NCBI GenBank assembly: GCA_036172245.1 | Contig: JAYWIR010000012.1 | Location: 124,001-188,000 of the forward strand | DNA from: Raillietiella orientalis | Taxonomy: Eukaryota | DNA length: 64,000 nucleotides | Direction: 5' to 3' | Part shown: positions 50,550 through 63,801 of the stretch, piece after piece | Numbering within the stretch: position 1 is the first letter of the stretch | Layout of the letters: each line of letters begins with the position of its first letter | The notes under the pieces: generated by a model | Databases searched by the model: none | The model's input: the letters and a program-made list of their open reading frames with translations, nothing else | Told to the model about the DNA's origin: nothing | Program-made: the position numbers and the translations under genes

Positions 50550-52280
50550 CTTATGGAGGCAGTGGAACCCTTGAGATGAGAGGTTCTTCGTTAGACGTAG
50601 CTGAGGTGCGCACCTCTCGTCCTCTACCCCTCAGAGAAGTCCAAAAAAAAAAAAAAAACCTTTGGAGGCAGCGCGAGCGAGGCGGTCTTGCGGTCGCTTC
50701 CCTCCCCCCTTCACCGGGGTTACGCGTCAAGCGTTTGCCCCCCTCCAGTGTGGAGGCCTGCCGGCGTGCGTGGCAGGTTGTGCTCCGTGAGCCCAGATTT
50801 CGATGCAGCGCTGTCGAGCCTGGGAAGGCGGGATGCGAGCCCCGAGGATCGCGCCCACACCTGCGAGGGTTCGGCGCAAGGGTGCGTCCGTCGATCCGGA
50901 GAGGCGGCGGTGGCCGTGCGATGCCTCGCCAAACTGCAGCCGAAAGGCGCTGCTGGTGAGCCGCCGGTCTGGACGATCCCGGAGGTGCTCCTTCTCCTCC
51001 CACCTCCAGCGATAGCGGGCAGGAGGGGAACTGGGTGGCCCTTCCTCATCGCAGCTTTCGCCTCGGAACTCTCTCAGTTCTCAGAGTTACCGCACGGAGG
51101 CGATGGGATGATGTCCGCTTCCCGGTCCCGGAATAGCGCTTGCCTAACGCTCCCATCGCGGAGGAAGCTTCTCTGAGTATAAAAGCACGGGGTGACGTCG
51201 CTGCAGCGGCGTGCTCCTTTCGGACGACCGTTTCCGTCCTCGAATGCTTTCCCGTGTCCGCCTGCGGATCTCTCCCGGTAACCGTCCACGACGATGCGGA
51301 CACGGGCAGGAATTCTCAGCCCCGGCTCGCCCGCAGCTTCTCTCGGTGGAGGCCCTTCGAGAGCAGCAAGGAGATTCGGATCGCGGGACGTGACGACGAT
51401 GCTCGCATTTTCGAGATTGGTCGTCGGCCTGGGTCCCGCAGTCCCCGAAAGGTCGCCGAAGGCTGCATTCGCGGCGTCGCTTATCTCCCATCTCCTGTAA
51501 GAGGGACCAAACTCCTGAACGGCGAGCAAGCACGCCTCTACTCTTCGTTCCCAGGAGAAGGGACTACGTCGGTGGTGCGAACTCTTGAGTGTGCCTCCCG
51601 ACGAACTCGTGGTTCCTCCCTTACACACTTCTGTGTCTCCCTCAAACTGGATGCAGATTATGCTGCTGCTTCTTATTCTGCGCTGGGGATTCCGGTCGAA
51701 GCAGCGCCTGCACCTCGCTTCCGGGAAAGGTGCATCCGCGAACTGTTCGAGGTGCGGGACAATGGAATCGTTCCTGGATCTGTTTCTGGACTGCGACGCG
51801 ATTCTGGAGTCATGGGGCAGGCTGTCTTCGGCGCTCCTACACCAGAGGGACACCGCCTATGACCTGCTGTGACGATTCCTTGCGCGCTGCGAACTCTCGG
51901 CTGGCTCACAGATAGCGAAGAGATGTTGCATCCTCGCCATCGTCACGGCCCCCCTCCGTATCTTGCAGACTCAAACACATCGAACGGACCCTGAATAAGG
52001 ACAGCTGCTAGGCGGCCTCACCTGGAAGTAGTCAAAACGTGGATCGGCTGCATTCTGCGCCAGCTTCGGAAGGAAGGAATGACCAAAGTCAAAAACCCTT
52101 GTCCCCATCCTCCTTTTATTCCCCTATTGTCCCCTTCCACCCGTTCCGAACTTTCAGGATGGCAGACCTGCGTGTCGGTAGACCCTTCCCTTGGACTTTT
52201 TGTTTTTTCTTGGGAAGCGCGTTCCGAACTTATCTATTCTGAATGATCGCCCCGGTGTGAAACCCCGGGTGATAAATCGC
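50550..52280 (+). mobile_element. L1/Tx1-like LINE 3' portion
   Basis: NCSRCGTMESFLDLFLDCDAILESWGRL (about 51741-51824), a pyrimidine-rich UTR, and terminus CCCCGGTGTGAAACCCCGGGTGATAAA at about 52249-52277. Confidence 0.75.
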
Positions 52281-55200
52281 GTATCTGCAGTTCGCACGGT
52301 CCCGTCCCGCGGAGGCGTATCTATTGAAAAATCTTTCCTGCAGATCCCTCGAAAGGCTTCACCTTTCAAAAAAACTGCAATCTCTGTTGATTTGTCGACG
52401 ACGTTGCAGCCAATCTTCTGAAAGGAAATTATGGGACGACGCTTCAGCAGACTCCATATGTACTCATAAGCTATGATGATCTTAAATCAGCCCATAATCT
52501 CATCCACCCTATCGCATTCGTCTCCACATGCTGTAAGAAATATACAAGCAAAGCATCATCACCATTCAAAAACCCAATCTCATTCATCCCTGGATCCACC
52601 GTGTTATTTTCCCCATTGACTGGAGATACTGAGAATACTTGGTGCCCGGCTGATTAAAATGAGCCCATTTGTCTCCGTTCACCAGAAAGGGTTTCTTTTG
52701 ATTCCGTAGAACGAATTTCTCCTAGAGCATACCGACGGCTTCCAGCTCTCGTGAAGCACTTGTGCTCTTCACGAGAAGTTACGGGGTTCGAGGGTCTCAC
52801 CCGAATGCTCCCTAATCTGTGGCCTGGGATCTTTTATGAGGAATAAATGACCCCTGATGCCCCGCGGACCCAGGAAATTTTCTTCTCCTACTTCAGGAGA
52901 CAGTTTGTTTGCTTTTGATGCCAAAGTCTTGCATCTTGTTCACGTCAGTCAGTTCTTCCAATAATGGCAAAGTCACTTCAACAACCCTCGGTGCTAAATA
53001 TGAAGAAATGATAAATCTTTGGCGATCTCCTGGAGTCCCACCCTAAGAAAGTCCTTGACAAAGAAGCACCTCTGTTTTCTTCATGAGCTAGGTGTTTACA
53101 GAGTTACTGAACTAGGTCTGCTGCCGCTGGTCATCTCCTCAGTGAAACACTGTGTTCATCTTCGCACACTCGTTAACTTTGAGAGCCATAACTCGATGAC
53201 AGTTGCAGAAATTAAACTCAGCTGCAGCTATTTTCTAGCATAGTGAGCATCTGGAAGACGCCTTCCTATTCCGAGGAAAATGAACTGAAGGAAAATGAAG
53301 TCTGTGGCAGAAGAGGAATTGCCTTTGTTAAAAGACAGTGCTTTTCAACCTTATTTGTCTCGATTTCTTTTTTTTTTTTACAGACCACCGCTTTTGTTTT
53401 GTTCTGTCTGTCTCCTTGTGTTGTCACTTCGCCTTGAGTTTCTACTTTTTGATTGCTTGCAGGCTTTCCGAACCTCTAATTCACTCTTCCCCAAGAAACA
53501 CCGGCGCACGTTACTAAGGAAACGAAGCCGAACACGTTTGGATAACAAAGAAGTTTCAATACTTCTTGGTGTTGCTAAGCTTCTTTCTTGGCTTTTCTTC
53601 AAAAAGAAAAGAAAAGGAAAGAGAAAGAAGCCGTCGAAATGCGCGAATCTCTGTTTGGCACGACTTTCCATTCCACTTCTGCCATTCTTCACTTTCCTAG
53701 TGCATGTCTTTGCTGTTTCCTCCATGCAAATCTTTGAATGACCTTCCTCTTGCAATCGCCTCTCACGGAATTTTCTGCACAACCTGCCCGCATCATTGTG
53801 TCGACCTTCTGCTCAGCGTTTTTTCTTTTACTACCCTCTATTCAGAAATTATTAGATGAAAATCGAAGAAGACCCGTGGAACCAAGAAAATTGCAAAGGT
53901 GGAGCAAGGGATGACGGGGGAACGAAATTGATGCGTTCGTGAAGGGTTCCGAACTCACTTCCAAGAACCTCTGCTAAAAGAATACAAAATCCGACAGCGG
54001 TATTTAAGAAACTCCAGTCAAGGGTTCCAGTTATCAAGAAGGCACACAATGGCGATCATGTCGTGCAAATCTACAAGGGATTGCCCTACTTTTTCTCTAT
54101 TGTAAATGTGACTGCCCACTGCACGGCGATTAAAAATCAAAAATGGCGCGAGTCGCGTTTTTCCGAGCTCCCGCGCTTTCCTTTCTGCACGAATTCGCTC
54201 GCACAGTGCCATCTGCATCCCACGCACAGAACTAACTAACTCCGCGGTTAAAGAGGCCTCGAACGGATGTCCAAGAGTTCAACATTTTGTCCTTGTTTCA
54301 GTCTTCACAGCATTTATATCTGGAAGATTCATTTAACAAAATATTCCTGGAAAATCGTTATCTATTGCTTCCCAGGGAGTTTCCGGCTTGTACTGTACAA
54401 GTTGACACTTCTCGCGAACGGAGAGTACGGTCCCCATGATTCTTTCATCTGCATTTTTTTTTTTTTTTCTCGATAGCAACTGGAATGAGGATTTAAAATC
54501 ACTAGGTGTTAAAGAGTGGCTAGAGCTCTTCTCCACTTGAGGATCCTTTGTTTATACTCTTTGGAGTGCTGGATTGTTCCAAAAACAAAGTAATGGAACA
54601 TGCTTGGAATAGAACTCTGAATAGAACAGGGTTTTGCAACCAGAATGTAGGAGCAATTATTTTGTGCAAAAAATGAAAGGAACTAAAAGACTCTGAGATG
54701 AAGCGGAAGTTCTCATGTTGTCGAAGCAATGCATCAGTGATGATTACTTTCAAGAAATGACTTCTTATCGCCTCCTAGCTATGAAATATTGGAAGGCTCA
54801 CACAGGAGTCTTATCTTGATCAGCCTCCATCCATCTCATATTCGTGGCTTGTATGGTAAGTGTTTGCCTTGGTTCATGAATTTTTTGTGAACATCGCACA
54901 GGCAAATGTTTTTCTTCTAAGCTGTGAGATTTATAAGAAACGACCCTCTCTCAAGAACGAGCCACTTCAACAGACTAAAATTTTTGTTATCATTAGGAAT
55001 TAACGGCAATGCTCACGAAAATGTGCAAAACAAGGGTAAACTTACCAGATGTGAGCAGATTCTAACTTTTCATCCATTGCAGCCCAACGTAGTCACCTGT
55101 TAATTTTGTAAAAGAATCGTTTGTCTGATACTTGGTAACTTAGCAGGTCAATAGTAGGTACAGTGGCAACAGATACTCACCCATTATGACCATCATAGTA

Positions 55201-57651
55201 TAACCAGATTATGACTGGAGGGTAAGGAAAGTTCCGAATAGAAAAAAAGATTAAAAAATTCCCATTGAACCATACGAGTCTGGATCCTTCAATCACAAGT
55301 TTTTTCATGCTGTTTTAGCAGAGGGAATGAGGTGGAAAAGATGGCGGAGCGTGCCCAGAAAAACACTTTTCTGACCATCATCGCCTCTGTGCTCACAGTT
55401 TATTGATCCTGAAATGCATTATTGTGTGTGGTGTTGGTCCTCAATCCGAACCTTATAATCATGGATTACTTCCAACTATTCGGAAGTCTTTAGAGGCTGG
55501 AGAGATGAAGGCGACTCTGGAAACGGTGACAAAGTCCTCCCCTATGCAGCCCAAATGTCCCGAAAAATTCATAGTGGATGCAGAATTACAGGCTGAAATT
55601 ACATTTCCAAGAGGAGTATGGGGATGAATTGAATTTTTTTACTCGAGATGCAGGCTGGAGGAGAAAGATTTGAGAAGGATTTAAAGATGCTCTTAACGGT
55701 GCTACGGCAACGTACAAAGACCTTTAACTGTAACTAGCCAAGCAGCAGCATGAGATCTCCTGGAACTCGCAAAATGAACCAAAGGAGACAACGATCTACT
55801 GAGATAAAAGAACACCTTTATCTTAATTCCTCGCAGCAGGTTGAAGCAACGCTTTCCTCATGCATAAATCCTTTAGCAAACAAACACAAAGTGTGAAAAA
55901 ATACGAAGACAAATCTTGTTTATAGCTCTTCAATTCATGGTCTTGGATGCAAGGAGGTTTTCGGGAATTCACGATTTGTTATAAATTATTTCGTGGTTGA
56001 TTTTCACACTGCTGCAATAGAGTGACGGAATAAAGATGCGAAGCGAAATTAGAGGGAGCTCCAGGAAGCGACTGCAGAAGTAAAGAAAAACGTAATCAAT
56101 ATGCAATGATTGCTGTTTTCATTGACCAATATCCTTGTATCAAGAAACTGATCAACAACGGATAATAACTCATACTTTCACGAATGAGAGAACATCGTAT
56201 TGCTGTCTCAGGCATGTGTTAAAATACGATCTCACTTTTCTTCACTTCGAAACTTGAGAATATTTTCGATTTCTGTCGTATTTTGGATTTAAGACCCCTA
56301 ACCATACTATCTTGAAAATTAAAGATTTACTTGCCTGTAATAACAGCTTCTATTAGCTATGAGAGTTTCAAAGTCATCATTATTTAATGGATACATTGTA
56401 TTTAAAGCAACAAAAAATCACCTGAAAAACGATTAATTCCCGTGCATTACACCAAGTGAACATCAACAAACTGAGCTTATAAAAAATTCGATTTTGGGGA
56501 ATCGATTAATAAAACTGGACTTATGAATTCATTGTAATTCGTATTAAGCTTCATTGCAGATAAAAAAGATCACTGAAGTTCTCGTTACAGAAATAATATA
56601 GGCATAATATTCAAACTGTATTGGATCAGAATCAGAATTGATATTGCAATTTTTAAGAATAAAACTGTTTTAAAACAAAAATACTGCACAGTCTATTAAC
56701 CGAAAAAGGGAAAAAAATAACCGATAGAATACTGGACTAGTCCAGAACCCTCAAACTCAAGAAACTACTATTGGAAATGAGTTGCAGTAAATTCTCATTT
56801 TTGTTTTGCTAGTAGCAAATGATATCTCGAGTAACTGATAGTTCATCAATGTCTCGAACGTTGATTAGTCTGAATGCAATGTACGTTTGTTTTAATATCT
56901 TATAATTTAATGAATTCAATGAATTTTTTATAATATTTAATGAAGGACGTGTAAAATGAGACTATGTATCCTATTATTGAAAGTATGTATGTTACAACAT
57001 GTGAATATGATAAATGTTACAATAAATGAGAGATTTTGTCAGAAGGATCAAAGTTGGTTGACGGTTCAATTTAAATACGAAAATGGGATCCATCCAGAAA
57101 GTTGTACTGGTAAGTATGCTGAGCCGCACAATGTTTTCTAGAAAGAACCAGGAATGTTCTCGTGGGTTCGTGTGAAAGGATCATTGAAACCATTCATGCT
57201 GTGAAGGAACTTTGTAATGTTGGTGATGCAGTGCTTACTGATTCCACTTAATACACTTGTTTTCTGAAAGAAGTGTAATTAATTAAAATTACTATATTTA
57301 ATTGAAAATTGAATTTTCTGTTTAGCTAGCTGCATTTCTAGACCACATTTTGAAATCATATCATTCTGGTGCTTATTGAAAGTTTCGAGTTGTTATTATA
57401 GCCTGTTATAGTTTATTAGTTGAGTAGTGTTACAACTGCTACAATTATTGACGAGTCTGTACATTTCTAATTTCGGGGGAATAAGTGTTTTCGAAGTTCT
57501 TCCATTTGGTAAGGACGGAACAAAAATGCGTGTTTAGAATTTAAATATAATTAGATTGCTGATGTTTTGAGTGTAGAAAAGTTCTGAATAGATTCTTAAT
57601 ATCATTTCTGAAGCAACAAACTTTATAGGGTTTCGATTTCAGGTGCTGAGG

Positions 57652-58920
57652 ATGGCTAAATGGGGAGAAGGAGATCCTAGATGGATTGTTGAGGAACGTC
57701 CCGATGCTACTAATGTTAATAATTGGCATTGGTTGGTTGCTAGCATCGTAGTGTACCTTATCCTTTTCATCATTTAATTTTGCCTTAGGACAGAAAAAAA
57801 TGCTACTTCTTGGTCTCAGGAAAAGTTGAAAGAATTATTAGAAGGGATGCAGATCGAAAAGAAGAACTATGGTAGGTGCAATAAAATTGAAGACATTCTA
57901 CATACGTGTTACATAGGAAAATGCAAAATTACTGAAGTTGCAGAATTAGAAGGAGAAGCTGTTGCCAACAGCAGGAAAGGAAAACTGATATTCTTTTATG
58001 AATGGCTTATCAAATTAAACTGGGAAGGGCAAGCAGAAGGCGATAAGAATAAGGTGAAAGGCAAAGCGGAAATACCAAATCTTAGTGAGGAGAATTCCCC
58101 TGAAGAAGTTGTTGTGAGTGGAGTAGGATAATTAATCAGGGTGTCATTAGTACCTGGTAGGTCAATGTGACATTGGAGGATTCTGGAGAATCAGCTGAGA
58201 AATTAAAAGAGTTGATGCGTACTGAAGGTTGCAAAATAATACAAGAATGTCTAGCCAAGTATGTGTGTGCTCTCAAGAAAGGTCAGTACAAATCTAGTAG
58301 CCAGTATCGGTTGGCATCTGCAAGCAGATTTTTCCCAGGGTATGATTTTGCCCTCAAGTACTGACAAGCAACAACCTACAGTGCCAATTGCTGCACAGAA
58401 AACCCGTGTTAATATTGCAGATGCAAATGCTTTTGTCCCCAATACAGCTAATGCTTCTGAGGACACAAAACCATTAAAACTCACTGAACTCCAGTTCAAG
58501 GAAACAATGAAATGTACTTCAAATGAGCTTTACGAGGCCCTTACCAATCCTGCGTTGATAGAAGCATTTACACGTGCACCAGTGCAGATGACCAATGATA
58601 AATGCTTTCAGTATTTGGGTGGAGCAATCTGTGGACAGTTTATAAGTGAGGAGCCACCAAAAAAAATTGTTCAACGCTGGCGCTGCAGGGGATGGCCAGA
58701 AGGCCACTTCTCAACAGTCACTTTTGTACTAGATCAGCAGCCAGATTGCACTGGCTTGTCTGTTCATCAAGTTGGTATTCCTGCCAGGTAAATCTTCTGT
58801 ACTCTTTGGCACAGGTAGCAATGTAATTTTAGTGAACTGGAGCGTACCAGGGAAGGCTGGCACCGTTACTATTTTGATTCAATGAAGAGGATTCTTGGCT
58901 TTGGTGCCTTGCTTTACTAA
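57652..58920 (+). CDS. AHSA1: Activator of Hsp90 ATPase 1 (Aha1); join(57652..57731,57789..57871,57917..58113,58161..58281,58328..58787,58833..58920), 342 aa
   Basis: Diagnostic N-terminus MAKWGEGDPRWIVEERPDATNVNNWHW, plus NSRKGKLIFFYEW, EIPNLSEEN, DFSQGMILP, IVQRWRCRGWPEGHFS and the C-terminal GWHRYYFDSMKRILGFG. Six exons join in frame (1029 nt) with GT-AG introns of 57, 45, 47, 46 and 45 nt. An acceptor TTTCAG| at 57642 implies an upstream 5'-UTR exon. Confidence 0.97.
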
Positions 58921-59105
58921 GTAGTACAACAATCGATTTTTCACTATTCAAGCCTTGTTTGGATGCGTATAAGTGGTGCAACATGAGCACTTCCATTATT
59001 TTAAAAGAATGCCAACATTAATTTATGTTTTGTTAAATAAGTAAGCAATTGTGATTAAAGATCTAGCGAATTTGTAAAAAAAAAAAAAAAAAAGAAAAAA
59101 ATATC

Positions 59106-59111
59106 AATAAA
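59106..59111 (+). terminator. Candidate polyadenylation signal for AHSA1
   Basis: AATAAA about 185 nt after the stop codon, followed by a GT/T-rich tract. A second AATAAA lies near 59158. Confidence 0.45.
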
Positions 59112-61251
59112 ATGTGTTATGTATATTTTTTTGTAAATTCTGTCATTCATCCAAAGAAATAAAGGCTTGCATGTCTAAATTATTTGCTGCAATTGATTAT
59201 GGTCATCACTCACAATCATTGGATAACAAGCTTTAATGCTGTGCAGTAATCTTATCTTCTTTGTGAAGTTGTGGTAGTAAGAGGAGCCTTTAAAACTAAA
59301 GTGATGATGTTGCAAAGTGATTCACAAAAATCTCATCTGTTTAGCTTTGCAGTTCGATGATCCCTAATTCAGAATGTGGTGGCAAAATTTCAGAAGTGTA
59401 TATCTCCAGCATACATGTACATTGCTGAGGTGGGACCTAAATTGTAAATTTATATTTGAAACATCTGCCTCATAATGCTTGATTTCTCTCTATCCCAACA
59501 TTCAGATGCTTCATGGTCTGCATAAACCTGAATTTTGATGTCCTGCCCTTTTTGGTTTTCTTTGCTTCACACAGGCTTTTTGTAAAGTAATTCAAAACAC
59601 ACTGCTAGGTGTGCCATGTATGTATCAGGTATGTATGCATGTTTAATTTTCGTGTTCTGCTTCCAAGATTTATAACCATTTCATTTATTGTATAATTTTG
59701 ACAGTAATACAGAACTACTACAAAGTTTGTATGTTTTATCTAAGCACTACATCAGTTTTGAGATTGTAGGTCCTTTTTTTTTTTTTTTTTTCCCATGCAT
59801 TTTGGTTTGGGTTGGACCTGGTTTAACATGTGCAGTTATTCTTAGGTTATACCGAGGAATGAAGGTAGCCATGCCAGTCAACCAGCGAACCATCCAAAAT
59901 CTGGTTTGCAGGTTTCAGTAGGCTTGATGTATATAACAAACGTGAGATTCACTGTTTAGTTCATGGCTCCAAAGAGAGTGACTGGGCTAAAGCATGTCTT
60001 AAGCAGCAATAGTTGAGATTCTTGAATGCTGTTTTCAACAGTATCCCTAAAGAAAGAAAAAAAATGTTGCAGCAGGGTTTAAAAAATAGTTCAAAAGATA
60101 ACAGGCATCTGAAATTCCATTGCATCTCAATATCATTGAGTAACCAGAATGAACAGATCGTTACCCAACATCCTGTGAATAATGGAAACAAATAAGTGAT
60201 GCGCTGTGCAGTATGTAATTGTTGTAATCATTTCATATTGCCTTCCAAAATAGGAACATTTGCCCATTTAATATGTAGATGTACCACAAAGTCACAGTCC
60301 TCCTTCTGGAGTCATAGTGGACACTGAAACCACTGTTCTAGTTCTGACATCACTCTTCTGGGGCTTTTGCAATTGGAAGTGGCTGCAACTGTCAGCATCT
60401 TGGATCTGTGACTTCACGCTGTTTCATTCTCCATCATTTTGAAGTCACAGCGTGATGCTGTAATTCTCAGCTATTTTGTTTCGTCTTTTGCATTTTAGGG
60501 ATGCTTTTTAAAGATGGTATCGAGAGTTGCTACTGAAAACTTGGTTAGCCCTGGTTTAAAAGGCAGTACAATGGTCTTCGTGTATACTTTATGAGATAGG
60601 AGTGACATTCAGCAAAGACAGAAATTAGTGTTTAGCAATGCTTCTTTGCTTTTTCTTCACATTGTATTCGTCTATACATTTCGCTTTCATCGCCCCATCC
60701 CACTCCATAAGAGAAGTTACTTTGTCGAGCGCCCACTTTTTTCTCAATGTTTATATGAAAAAAATGAAAACAAAAGGAGATCAACTATCATCCTAGAGTA
60801 CAATTGCTACCGTCCAACGGGGTTTTATTTTTGCTGCTGTTTTTTTTTTCTTTTTGCCGCAGTTAACAAACGTAAGGGAGGATGCCGAAGATTAGACGAG
60901 TTTCATCCAAAAGGATTCAGGATAGTACCTTTGTCTTTGTACAATGGTACTATCATCCGGATTTAGTTCCATGTCAGTTTAGATCACTAAGCTTCGTATA
61001 ACTGTGGCACCAAAATACTTCGAAGTGTGAGATAACGCCGTAACAAGTTGGCGTTTCCATGTTGATTCAATAATTTTTGTGGTAACTTAAGCATTGTATA
61101 CCTCTAATCAGGCTCAATACATTGATTCCTATTTTCGTATCGTTCCAACCCGAAGATTTTCTTCCTGTCAAATTATTCCATATCACTTCGGAGCTTTGAC
61201 CAGTCGGGATTATTTTTGCCCTTGAAAGCGATCCGCCTTTCAAAGACGATG

Positions 61252-62030
61252 CAGTGCGGTCCATATGCTCAAGGATTGAATTCCTTACGGCCGCACTAGT
61301 CATGCCGTGTACCGGCGCTGAGCGGGACCTGGTACCGCGTACCTTCCTTAAATGATATGCAAAGTGGTGTGTCTGTACGCTCCGTCGATGTCAAGAGGAG
61401 ACGTTCCGCGGGCGCAGCTGTGTTCTTTCCTTTTTTGCCCTCTTGTCAAAGTTTCGAGATGGAAGGCGGTCGGTGGAAGACGACGGACGCAGCGGTCTCC
61501 CAGTGACGAAGGGAGCCGACGGTAACGTCGCCGCCCTTGCGAAAGTGCCCAAGGAGGAGACCGGCGCCTGACCTCTCGAATGACGATTGAATTGACCGAG
61601 GACTGTGGTTGCTACGCATCTCGCACGGAGGTCCAGAGGAAGGAGAACGCTGAGCGCGCGATCCGTTCCGCATGCCCCGTCACGAGAGAGCGAAGGGGCA
61701 CGCGCGTTCGGAGCGCAGAGAAACGACATCTCGACGCTGGACCAGGCCCCGCACTCTCCTCCTCCTGACCATTTCCTAATTCCCAAAGATGCAACTGCGG
61801 CCGCAAGAGGCCCGATTCGACCCCATCGATGAGAGTCCGATAGATGTGACAGCACAGCGCGTTCGAAGGGCATCCCCGTATAGGACTATGCCAGTGCCAT
61901 GCAGGAGTTAGAATCCTGCGCCAAGGAATGTATAGAGGCCCTATTTTGGATGAATAAAATGTAGAAAAAAAATATTCTGTGTTCTTTTACTTTCTAATGA
62001 CCTTAGTCCTAATACTTTCGGACCGCACTG
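61252..62030 (+). mobile_element. Internally deleted non-autonomous mariner element with both TIRs (779 bp)
   Basis: CAGTGCGGTCC at 61252-61262 and its reverse complement GGACCGCACTG at 62020-62030, with imperfect extension to about 25 bp. Flanks are TG/CA rather than TA. The first ~630 bp are nearly identical to the copy at 11804. Confidence 0.88.
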
Positions 62031-63801
62031 CAGCATTCTCATGCGATTCTTCACCGGCAGTAGTTGTGTGGTATGCAGACTGTGAAATGAGTTTTGCCAT
62101 TCCCATATGAAAAAGCCGTAGTTTGTGATAGAAAAACACCACCTTACTGCACTTATGAGGGATTCTTATGAATTTAAACACAAGTACTGTTCTATTTCAG
62201 CAAACAAATAACCCCAGCCCAACGCCCCTGACTCTGAGTGCTCGCTTCGAGCTTAGTAAAATGTCAGAGTCCTTTGCAGGTTCTTGAATCCTTTGAATGT
62301 ATGGAAATCGGGTCTCGACGTCCCTGACTTCGTCAGATACAAGTGTGAAAGAATCTACGATCCTTCGACACTTGGAACCTTTCCTCTCCGAGAATCTTCG
62401 CTCCTCTTTGGATCTTTAAAATGTAAAGATTGTATTCCTAACTTGAAAATTCCAGTCATAATATAACACGAAATACTGCAGGTCATACAACTCAATTTTT
62501 AAATGTATGTATGGGCTGATCAGAAAGATATTCACGCCAACTTCCACTTTAATGAGAAAGTGGATATTTTTTCTTTTTTTGACATGGGTATGACCGGATC
62601 CTACATGCGAGTCATACAAATACCCAGTGCTTTGAATACCCAGTATGTCCTTTAGCTTTTCGTGTACTCAATAAAGCCAGGAATTCATTGTCCAAAATAC
62701 GATCCCGACACAAAACGAATGTTTAGATTGCTTGTTTTAAATGAATCGAGGTTTTCCGATATGTACTTCATTGCTAGCAAATGGAACTAAAAAGAAAAGT
62801 ACTGAAAGACAAAATGATTTTCCAAAGAGGATTATCCTTCCACAATTTTTAAAAATGTCGTTGCCTTATTCATTCTGGTATCCATTTGAGATGACGCTGC
62901 AGCACCAGCATGAGGGGATTTTTTTTTCTATTTGGTTACCAGCAAAACATTTCTTCATGAAGCTGACACGAAATTGTACAGGAACAGCAGGAAGCATTAA
63001 TCTGAGGAGAAAGTCTTCAACGGGTGTTATTTCAGTGTTTACATGTTGGCTAAAAAACTTTCAAAGCTGGACTCTTTCTGAAAATTAACTTACATAGAAA
63101 ACAGAATGGACTCTATCGTATAAAAACATTTAAGATTACTGTGGGCCTTTGTTGCACAGAAGTGAGTCAAACTGAAAATGATTTGTATGTTTGAAAGAAG
63201 CAGTAGTTTTACTACTTAGTTGTGATAAAACTGGGAATTTTTTTTTTAATGCTTTCATACATGCACATAACCCCAGGTAAAAGATATAATGCTCTAAAAT
63301 TCTGGCAATTTTTACAAAAAGAAAGCACATGATTGTGTTTAGCATGATGCTCCAGTTCCTTGATTTCCTGAATAGCATGTAGCATTAATTCCTCCTGCTC
63401 AGCAAAGAAGAAATTGATGCAAACAGCAAAATGGTGCCTTAACTCTACAGTCAAAGAAACTGGCCTCCAAACTATCGACTGTCTTCATGGAATCAAAAGG
63501 CATGCTTTCCGCAATGTTCATGCAGTCATACATGGCCTATGCATCATGGGTTGCTCTGGATACTAGCACTAGCAAAAAATTTTATGAGGCAAATTAATGT
63601 TGAATACGATAATGCTGACAATTAACACAATATCTTGGAATTAGGAACTGAATTTTTTTTTATAATGTTTGTCTAGAAAAGTTTCAGACAACTTGTTGTT
63701 GCTTTTTAGGAATTCATGATCTTAGCGAGAATAACAATGGCATACATAGCATTGCAAAGCTATTATGATTTTATTTGCTCTTCAATCATGCGCAACTCAT
63801 G

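Noticed and set aside
1..52300. Hundreds of 60-260-aa ORFs in the track (e.g. 11943..12728-, 18711..19406+, 45281..46021+, 51074..51853-, 51140..51862+)
   Set aside because: Arg/Ser/Pro/Gly-rich, overlapping on both strands and located in GC-rich TE debris. These are chance open frames or antisense/shifted frames of dead transposon ORFs.
52746..52778. Hairpin TCTCGTGAAGCAC-TT-GTGC-TC-TTCACGAGA
   Set aside because: Isolated, too short for a pre-miRNA, with no second copy or supporting context.
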